DNA of 7,252 nt from Octopus sinensis (GCF_006345805.1 NW_021828921.1:1-7252), one strand, 5' to 3'; shown: positions 1 to 6,442, counted from the first letter of the stretch. Program-made: numbers and translations. The notes: generated by a model from the letters alone, not told the origin.

Positions 1-287
1 CTGTTCGTTCACACGCAGCTATTTCACACTCACTAATCATTGATGAGGTGAGAAAGTGCTTTGTATCACGTTTCATAATTTTTGTTTGTTACGTAATAAA
101 GTTAAATTCTACATAACACCAATTATTGCCCAGAAGCTAATCGTGTCATCCTCGTATTCCACGCAATCTTTTCTTATAAGTATCGTACAATACCGCAAAT
201 ACTGGGTTCCTGGTTCAGTTCCTGCTCATTGCAGTCAGTAACTGCGCGTAAGCATTTCTTTTTTCTTCCATTTTTTTTCTATTTATA

Positions 288-716
288 GGCGCAGGAGTGG
301 CTGTGTGGTAAGTAGCTTGTTAACCAACCACATGGTCCCGGGTTCAGTCCCACTGCGTGGCATCTTGGGGGCAAGTGTCTTCTGCTATAGCCCCGGGCCG
401 ACCAAAGCCTTGTGAGTGGATTTGGTAGACGGAAACTGAAAGAAGCCTGTCGTATATATGTATATACATGTATATGTATGTATGTGTATGTGTTTGTGTG
501 TGTGTGATTGTCCCCCTAGCATTGCTTGACAACCGATGCTGGTGTGTTTACGTCCCCGTAACTTAGCGGTTCGGCAAAAGAGACCGATAGAATAAGTACT
601 GGGCTTACAAAGAATAAGTCCCAGGGTCGATTTGCTCGACTAAAGGCGGTGCTCCAGCATGGCCGCAGTCAAATGACTGAAACATGTAAAAGAGTAAAAG
701 AAAGAGTAAAAGAGTA
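288..716 (+). mobile_element. Full-length tRNA-derived SINE (family A here; octopus-type)
   Basis: Starts GGCGCAGG. A-box-like TGGCTGTGTGG at 298-308 and B-box-like GGTTCAGTCCC at 341-351. CTTGGGGGCAAGTG after the tRNA part resembles the start of the CORE domain. Internal (TATG/TG)n at 453-506, and a tail of GTAAAAGA-like tandem repeats at 686-716. No clean TSD seen. Confidence 0.88.
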
Positions 717-759
717 TTTCTTCCTCCGCTTTTTCCATTGCCGTTCTAGTTATCATAGA

Positions 760-800
760 TTTCGCCCGGCGTACTAACGATTCTGCCAGCTCCTCACCTT
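760..800 (-). mobile_element. Head-only fragment of SINE family B
   Basis: Reverse complement AAGGTGAGGAGCTGGCAGAATCGTTAGTACGCCGGGCGAAA closely matches the start of the copy at 1651-1691 (AAGGCGGCGAGCTGGCAGAAACGTTAGCACGCCGGGCGAAA). Confidence 0.85.
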
Positions 801-808
801 ACTACCAT

Positions 809-887
<79 letters not shown>
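809..887. repeat. (CTA)n microsatellite, about 26 units
   Basis: Perfect trinucleotide array read directly. Confidence 0.98.
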
Positions 888-1440
888 GTTTTCGTTATAA
901 TTTATAAACTGTAAGAGACGTTTTATAGCAGGTAAAAAACTATAAATAATAGAATGTAAATATTGAGTTACACCCCCTTAGGTAGAAAAAAAAATCGAAA
1001 GCTGCCCGTTGGATTTGAACCCCCGCATCTGAAATTCAGGTAGTTCACATACTTAGAAATTAAGACTGGAGGGAATGTAGCAGTACGGCATTCAAGGCCC
1101 TTATTAAGTACATTAATGATCTTATTCCTCAGTCACCCTTCATTTTCCTTGCTTTTGGAGTTATAAGCAGCAGAAACCACTCTCTGCTTATGCCGTTATA
1201 TCTTTTCCACAAGTATCAACCTTAAGAAATTCAAGTTGAACATCGTCTGCATTAATATCACCAGTCAGAACAAAATTGCTATGGCTAGGAGGAGCATTGC
1301 TCCTTCTTTTATGATCAGTTGGGTGAAAAAAAAAAAAAAAGATTTTATGAAAACCTCCAAAAGAATGTCAGAAACTTGTAGGGTAGTTGAAGAGATATAA
1401 TTGATTGAATTAATTTCAGTAATATCTAGTAGTTTTATAA

Positions 1441-1551
1441 ACTACAAGTGAACCAAAGTAACACCTCTTATTTTTCGAGCACCTTCCGGAGTATTCGAGC
1501 GGTTCCAAGCAGTGCTGTTTTCTCCAAGTGCTCCACCCTTATTGTAGCCCC
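1441..1551 (-). mobile_element. 3' fragment of an R4/Dong-like (RLE-type) non-LTR retrotransposon: ORF C-terminus plus start of 3' UTR
   Basis: Minus strand 1551-1468 translates GATIRVEHLEKTALLGTARILRKVLEK*. This matches the K(T/S)ALLGTA(R/K)ILRKVL-type C-terminal motif recalled for R4/Dong-clade proteins. It is in a different frame from the supplied ORF 1442..1798. No tail repeat is seen. Confidence 0.75.
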
Positions 1552-1568
1552 TCATTACGACTTTAATC

Positions 1569-1597
1569 AGAGATAGATAGATAGATAGATAGATAGG

Positions 1598-1648
<51 letters not shown>
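1569..1648. repeat. (AGAT)n followed by (AG)n microsatellite
   Basis: Read directly; one GGTA interruption. Confidence 0.97.
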
Positions 1649-1652
1649 GTAA

Positions 1653-1882
1653 GGCGGCGAGCTGGCAGAAACGTTAGCACGCCGGGCGAAACTCTTCGCA
1701 GTATTTCGTCTGCCGCTACGTTCTGAGTTCAAATTCCGCCGGGGTCGACTTTGCCTTTCATCCTTTCGAAGTCGATAAATTAAGTACCAGTTACGCACTG
1801 GGGTCGATATAATAGACTTAATCCGTTTGTCTATCCTTGTTTGTCCCCTCTACGTTTAGCCCCTTGTGGGCACCAAAGAAAT
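1653..1882 (+). mobile_element. Full-length tRNA-derived SINE family B (tail variant 1)
   Basis: Head GGCGGCGAGCTGGCAGAAACGTTAG (A-box-like), B-box-like GAGTTCAAATTCC at about 1725-1737, central CCTTTCATCCTTTCG..GTCGATAAATTAAGTACCAG, tail ending CCCCTTGTGGGCACCAAAGAAAT. Homologous to the copies at 3004-3589. Confidence 0.88.
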
Positions 1883-1883
1883 C

Positions 1884-1905
1884 AGATAGATAGATAGATA
1901 GATAG
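1884..1905. repeat. (AGAT)n microsatellite directly after the SINE B copy
   Basis: Read directly. Confidence 0.92.
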
Positions 1906-2207
1906 CGAGTTATAGTTTAATGGAGGTAGGTGGTTGGTATTCGAAATGAAATGTTTCGGGCTTCATGCTTTTCTGAAATGGACAGTCATAAAGTAGGCGA
2001 CGTAAAATGAGGTTTGAGTATTGAACCCATATCGTTGCCGACTTGCCTGGCTGATAGCCTACTTGGTGTTTGGGCTAATTTTTGGAGTGCATATGTTTTC
2101 AGCACTAAGAAATCTATTCCACCTGCTTGATTCTGGCTAATTGCCAGGCATAGGAATAATGGCGTGTATACACATAGATACAAAAATAAACACACTCATG
2201 TATTCAA

Positions 2208-2223
2208 ACACACACACACACAC

Positions 2224-2259
<36 letters not shown>

Positions 2260-2520
2260 ACACGCATACATACACGCACACACACACTTACACGCATACA
2301 TACACGCACACACACACACACATATATACATATACATACACACATATATACATACAGACACACGCACACATACACACATATACATGCATGCATACATACA
2401 TGCACATATATGCGTGACTGTGAAGATAAATATACACTCTTGATATATATATATATATATTACATATACATATGTTTATATAGATAAAAATATACATACA
2501 TCTACACACACACACGTACA
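2208..2520. repeat. Compound (CA)n/(TACA)n/(TA)n microsatellite with a 30-bp unit duplicated at 2251-2310
   Basis: CACACACTTACACGCATACATACACGCACA occurs twice in perfect tandem. Confidence 0.95.
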
Positions 2521-2529
2521 TCTGAGGCT

Positions 2530-2945
2530 AACTCCATTTGCAGAAACACAAATGCATGCCTCTTTAATCAGTCATGCAATGCTGAAGCGATTATATATGA
2601 AGCGGAAGTAATCCCCACCGCACCGAACTTTAATATGGCGCGTAAACACTATGTAGAGATAGGAGAAGGCACATTTAAACAACGTTACTTCAGCCATGCT
2701 CCTCTTGCTCTAGATACATAGACAAGAAGAATACAACAAAAATTATCCAATTACATCTGAAAAAGAGTATTACTAATTTCAGTATCAAGTGGGAGACACT
2801 TGAGTGATGCAGACCATATGGAAAGAGAATTAAAAAGACGCCGAGAAAAGATTTATACTTCGAGTCCTTAACAAATCGACAAATTATTTGAATGCAGAAA
2901 AGTCTTTATCAAATCTCTCTCCATTTGATAAGATCCTCCTAAAAC
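2530..2945 (+). mobile_element. Decayed Penelope-like element (PLE), GIY-YIG endonuclease C-terminal region
   Basis: From 2539: CRNTNACLFNQSCNAEAIIYEAEVIPTAPNFNMARKHYVEIGEGTFKQRYFSH. Then, across frameshifts and stops: SSCSRYIDKKNTTK / LSNYI* / NFSIKWETLE*CRPY / AEKRFILRVLNKSTNYLN. The order fits PLE GIY-YIG domains: Cys linker, IY..Y motifs, FK.R...H, LS.YIW, I.W, EK..I, LN. Confidence 0.8.
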
Positions 2946-3003
2946 AAAAAACGAAATATCTCGGCACCATCTGATTAAATAGACCGAAATTACTAAAGAT
3001 TAA

Positions 3004-3205
3004 GGCGGCGTGTTGGCAGAATCGTCAGTACACCGGATGAAATGATTAGGAGCGTTTTGTTCATCTCTATGTTCTGAGTTCAAATTCTGCCAAGTTCGAC
3101 TTTGCGTTTCGGTGCTGAAAAAAAAAAGGTACCAGTTAAGCACCGGTGTCGATGTATCCGACTTAACCCACACCCGAAATTGCTGGCCACGGGTCAAAAA
3201 TTGAA
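3004..3205 (+). mobile_element. Diverged near-full-length SINE family B (tail variant 2)
   Basis: GGCGGCGTGTTGGCAGAATCGTCAG head, GAGTTCAAATTC B box, GTACCAGTTAAGCACCGGTGTCGATGTATCCGAC, tail ending AAAAATTGAA. A central segment is replaced by a poly-A run. Confidence 0.82.
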
Positions 3206-3210
3206 GTCAT

Positions 3211-3315
3211 TTACGTTTTAAGTTCAAATTCCGATGAAGTCCATTTTGCATTTCATTCTTTCGAGGTCGATAAATTAAGTACCAGTTACGTACTGGGGTC
3301 GATGTAATCGACTTA
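3211..3315 (+). mobile_element. SINE family B internal fragment
   Basis: TTACGTTTTAAGTTCAAATTCC...TTTCATTCTTTCGAGGTCGATAAATTAAGTACCAGTTACGTACTGGGGTCGATGTAATCGACTTA aligns to 1717-1820. Confidence 0.85.
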
Positions 3316-3325
3316 AATAAGCATT

Positions 3326-3398
3326 AGTTGAGTACTGGGATCAATGTAATCGACCTACTCCCTCACCCGGACTTGTTACCTTTGTGCTAAAATTTGAA
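3326..3398 (+). mobile_element. SINE family B 3' fragment (tail variant 2)
   Basis: AGTTGAGTACTGGGATCAATGTAATCGAC...TTGTGCTAAAATTTGAA matches the 3' part of 3411-3589. Confidence 0.78.
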
Positions 3399-3410
3399 TT
3401 CAATGTTTTA

Positions 3411-3589
3411 GGGCAGGTAGAATCGTTAGCACACCCGTCTTTATGTTCTGAGTTCAAATTCCACCGAGATCGATTTTTGCCTTTCATCCTTTCGGGGTCG
3501 ATAAAGTAAGCACCAGTCGGGTACTGGGGTCGATGTAAGCGACCTATACCGTCCCCGGACCTACAGATCTTGTGCCAAAATTTGAAACC
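3411..3589 (+). mobile_element. SINE family B copy with internal deletion (tail variant 2)
   Basis: AGAATCGTTAGCACACC head with about 20 bp missing before CGTCT, GAGTTCAAATTCC, GCCTTTCATCCTTTCGGGGTCGATAAA, tail TTGTGCCAAAATTTGAAACC. Confidence 0.85.
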
Positions 3590-3610
3590 GATAATAGTAT
3601 TGGTTAACGC

Positions 3611-3644
3611 GGGGTGCTGCAGAATCGTTAGCACGCCGGGTAAA
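3611..3644 (+). mobile_element. Head-only fragment of SINE family B
   Basis: GCTGCAGAATCGTTAGCACGCCGGGTAAA matches GCTGGCAGAAACGTTAGCACGCCGGGCGAAA at 1661-1691. Confidence 0.75.
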
Positions 3645-3741
3645 CAAGTTGTATTACTCTTGCCAGTATTAAAACCCGTATAAAAGACAATCACACAATA
3701 TCAATGTACAGTATTATATACACATCAAACCCACCATGTAC

Positions 3742-3763
3742 GTGTGTGTGTGTGTGTATGTGT
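3742..3763. repeat. (TG)n microsatellite
   Basis: Read directly. Confidence 0.9.
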
Positions 3764-3830
3764 GCAACGGAGTGAGACCGAACTCCAAATCAAATGAGAC
3801 AGAAGTAAAGTCCTTAACTACTCACCCATG
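3762..3830 (-). mobile_element. Old head-only fragment of SINE family A
   Basis: Minus-strand GTTCGGTCTCACTCCGTTGCA vs GTTCAGTCCCACTGCGTGGCA at 342-362 (17/21). Upstream ATGGGTGAGTAGTTAAG resembles the A-box region GTGGCTGTGTGGTAAG. Confidence 0.6.
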
Positions 3831-3833
3831 TCT

Positions 3834-3897
3834 ACACATACATACATAAACGCACATACATACATAAACGCATCTCTCTCTCTCTCTCTCTCTCTAT

Positions 3898-3933
<36 letters not shown>

Positions 3934-3939
3934 CATACA

Positions 3940-3991
<52 letters not shown>

Positions 3992-4056
3992 ATACATACA
4001 TACATACATACACACACACATATATTAATATATATATATATATATATATAATATAT

Positions 4057-4089
<33 letters not shown>

Positions 4090-4094
4090 TATAT
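3834..4094. repeat. Compound (TACA)n/(TC)n/(TA)n microsatellite
   Basis: Read directly. Confidence 0.96.
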
Positions 4095-4230
4095 GGTAGA
4101 ATTCACAAAAAAGCACAAGACGAAGACAGGTGCTCTAGACAACAAACAGATGTATCAGTTTAACGCTCGGGAAGTGAAAAAGACTTTAACGTTTCGAGCC
4201 TACGTTCTTCCACAGAAAGGCACACAACCG
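4095..4230 (-). mobile_element. Probable Penelope-like terminal-repeat fragment carrying a hammerhead-like motif
   Basis: Contains the hammerhead-like core at 4184-4219, followed on the minus strand by a T-rich tail. This layout is typical of PLE terminal repeats. Boundaries are uncertain and the element may extend towards 4630. Confidence 0.5.
4184..4219 (-). ncRNA. Minimal type I hammerhead ribozyme-like motif (degenerate)
   Basis: Minus strand CUUU-CUGUGGA-A-GAAC(GUAG)GCUC-GAAA-CGU-U-AAAG. Stem I CUUU/AAAG, CUGANGA-like core with A6U, stem II with one mismatch, GAAA, palindromic AACGUU in the stem III position. Confidence 0.55.
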
Positions 4231-4396
4231 GCCGTCAACACTTTTTTCTGTAAAATAGGGGTAGCTTATCCTGTTCAGGCTATATTATTAGCATTATCCT
4301 ACGTTTGAGAATTTAAAATCACATCTTTAACTTTCTAAGACATCTCAACGCTTCTGAAGCAAACTTCGTTTGTTTGTTTACGTTCATCGTAATTTG

Positions 4397-4401
<5 letters not shown>

Positions 4402-4432
<31 letters not shown>
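4402..4432. repeat. (TA)n microsatellite
   Basis: Read directly. Confidence 0.95.
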
Positions 4433-4437
<5 letters not shown>

Positions 4438-4634
4438 ACTAATGTAGGATAAAGTTTTTTTCGGGAAAATTTTTTTTTCAATGGCCAGCATATCAAAAAA
4501 TACCTTTAAAGGTTAAATTTATAAATCATTTACAAGATAAGGGCAAAAGAAAAATTCTAATGCCAAATATGCCGAAAAAAAGACAAAACTTTTCAATAAC
4601 CATTATAATTTATGCGTCATAATTTATGTAAATG

Positions 4635-4665
4635 ATATATATATATATATATGTGTGGTGTGTGT
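4635..4665. repeat. (AT)n then (TG)n microsatellite
   Basis: Read directly. Confidence 0.9.
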
Positions 4666-4879
4666 ACTCAAAGTAGGGGGTTTAGTCCATAGGTGATCTA
4701 CGCTAGGTAGGTGCTGTAACGGATTACTAGGGCTCCGAGGTTATAGCCGAGACGGTATTTATGGAGCCCTTGCAGATATCCGATATAGCAGATATATAAT
4801 TGTTAAAGAGGACAAAAAACGTGAAGGCAAGGCAAACAGCACAAGTCATATACGTTATTATTATTGGAAAAAATCCAAA

Positions 4880-4937
4880 GTGTTACAGCTGTTTCCTGGA
4901 TATCCCAGAGTTTGAGATATCCCGTCATCGGAGACAA
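4880..4937 (-). ncRNA. Type I hammerhead ribozyme-like motif with long stem II and palindromic stem III
   Basis: Minus strand UUGUCU-CCGAUGA-CG-GGAUAUCUCA(AACUC)UGGGAUAUCC-AG-GAAA-CAGCUG-UA-ACAC. Core CCGAUGA (U4C), 10-bp stem II with one G-U pair, GAAA, self-complementary ACAGCUGU, GUA triplet. Stem I is weak. Confidence 0.65.
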
Positions 4938-5039
4938 ATAGGGAAAATTAGAAGGGTATAGATTAATGTAATGACGACACAGAGGACAGGAGTAAAGGAA
5001 TAAGGAGATGAAGAAGAGAAGAAAAAAGAAGCATAAAAA

Positions 5040-5176
5040 TTCACAGTTCAACTTCCAGATCTTATAGAAATAAATCCACAGGTCCTTAGGTGCAATCCTG
5101 TGTAAATCCATGTTTGCACCTAAGGACTTACGGACTTATTTCTACAAGATCGGTAAGTTGAAAGTTGAACTGTGAA
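5040..5176. repeat. Long imperfect palindrome (arms of 56 and 63 bp, 18-nt spacer)
   Basis: Perfect 15-bp outer pair TTCACAGTTCAACTT (5040-5054) / AAGTTGAACTGTGAA (5162-5176). Perfect 14-bp inner pair GTCCTTAGGTGCAA (5082-5095) / TTGCACCTAAGGAC (5114-5127). The middle GATCTT and TAGAAATAA segments also pair. Confidence 0.93.
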
Positions 5177-5178
5177 CC

Positions 5179-5898
5179 ATGAGGCAATTCACTCAGTCAG
5201 AAATTTTGCAGAGTGTGCAAATTTGGCAAGCTGTACTGCACGGCATTCACGTCGGAAGCCCCAATAGGAACATTTCTGAGTGTTTGGATGTCAATATGAG
5301 TGTTAGCCGTGTCCCCAAAACATGTACCGAGAGTGATAAATATCAAACATCCAGTCCACATCATGGTGTTTGGAGTGATCACTAGTGATGGCGACGTTAT
5401 GTCTCCATTCATCAAGTGCCTGGTGGAGGTAGTGCTGCCCTGGGTCAAGAGGGTGGCTGCTGGAAGAACCTTATGTCTAGCAACAGGACTCTGCACCATA
5501 CCACACAAGCAGGAGAACCCAGTGATGGCTATCAGACAATTTCTGCGACGACATCGTCCTTAACATTTGGTCACCGAACTCTCCAAAGTGCAACCCTCTT
5601 GATTATTATGTGTGGATCGCAGTTGAACGAGAGACCAACAAAACTCCTTGTAACACCAAAGATGAACTGAAGGCAAGGATTATGGCTGCATTCACCAACT
5701 TAAACAAGGAGACCATCCAGAAGAGTTGCAGGAGGTACCGACATCATCTGGAGGCCATGGTTGAAGCCAATGGCGATTTCATTGAATTAATTTACTCTTT
5801 AGTATTTCAAGATATTTTAATGTAATTTTGGTAAATATATTTGTTAAAATGAGATGTCAGTGTAATTTTAGACGACAATTTATTCACCACACCATGTA
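5179..5898 (+). mobile_element. Defective Tc1/mariner DNA transposon, DD37D (maT-type) transposase pseudogene with right TIR
   Basis: Translated pieces: KHPVHIMVFGVITSDGDVMSPFI, CLVEVVLPWVKRVAAGR, frameshift, *QQDSAPYHTSRRTQ*WLSDNFCDDIVLNIWSPNSPKCNPLDYYVW...LEAMVEANGDFIE. Asp at 5487 and Asp at 5601 are 37 residues apart. Stops at 5478 and 5523. The right end reads TA-CATGGTGTGGTGAATAAATTGTCGTC on the minus strand (5898-5871), a CAGGGTG-like TIR plus TA. No left TIR found. Confidence 0.88.
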
Positions 5899-6078
5899 TA
5901 TATAACGAAAAAAAACTGCAGAGAGTTTTTGACCCCAAGGCAAACTGTTTTTACATCAAAGTTTTATAAATTATTACTAATATTTGATAAAATGAGATTT
6001 ATCATGGAAACCGTTCATATTCTATATTTTCCTTTTTTAATTTTTTTAATCATTTTATTAAATTCTTTCTAAATTGAA

Positions 6079-6204
6079 ACACACACACATAAATATATAT
6101 ATAAATACACACACACACACTCACACACACACATACACATAAATATATATATAAATACACACACACACATAAATATATATATAAATACACACACACACAC
6201 ACAC
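6079..6204. repeat. (CA)n array with three copies of ACACATAAATATATATATAAATACACAC
   Basis: Read directly; the last two units have a 30-bp period. Confidence 0.92.
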
Positions 6205-6225
6205 AATGCACATAAACGTACTTGA

Positions 6226-6277
6226 GTGTATGCATGTGCGTACATGTGCGTGCATGTGCGCGCGCGCGCGTGCGTAT
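6226..6277. repeat. 52-bp alternating purine-pyrimidine tract including (CG)6
   Basis: Uninterrupted RY alternation; (CG)6 at 6259-6270. Confidence 0.9.
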
Positions 6278-6315
6278 TTCACGTGGGTGTATCAATCTAC
6301 GATGTCTGATATCAC

Positions 6316-6410
6316 TGATGATGATGGTGATGATGATGATGGCAATGATAGTGCTGGTGGTGTTGATAATAATGATGATAACAATGACGATGACGACGAC
6401 GACGACGACG

Positions 6411-6442
<32 letters not shown>

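Noticed and set aside
39-56. TTGATGA-GGTGA-GAAA, hammerhead-like or C-box-like
   Set aside because: No stem II, stem I or stem III pairing, and no matching D-box structure.
205-234. GGTTCCTGGTTCAGTTCC resembles the SINE A B-box region (15/18)
   Set aside because: Too short, and the flanks do not align convincingly.
56-241. 61-aa ORF and possible splice donor GTAAGC at 248
   Set aside because: No recognisable protein motif and no supporting exon structure.
985-1100. Minus-strand B-box GGTTCAAATCC (1021-1011) followed by a T run, suggesting a tRNA or Pol III gene
   Set aside because: No A box, a poor T-stem, and no acceptor-stem partner for GGGCAGC. No cloverleaf could be built; tRNAscan-SE would settle it.
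1442-1798. 118-aa ORF spanning SINE, GATA repeat and LINE fragment
   Set aside because: Chimeric read-through. The meaningful R4-like peptide is in another frame.
1986-2195. 69-aa minus-strand ORF in non-repetitive-looking DNA
   Set aside because: No recognisable motif, it starts in low-complexity sequence, and its length is within chance expectation.
2141-2521. Overlapping ORFs rich in H/T/Y/I/V/C (also 3818-4145 and 6312-7114)
   Set aside because: They are translations of CA/TA/TACA microsatellites, which lack stop codons in several frames.
3004-3644. Recurring similar segments with spacers, superficially CRISPR-like
   Set aside because: Units are diverged SINE pieces of unequal length in eukaryotic DNA, with no cas genes.
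4729-4770. 8-bp inverted repeat AGGGCTCC / GGAGCCCT with 26-nt spacer
   Set aside because: Short, not extendable and without a TSD; plausible by chance.
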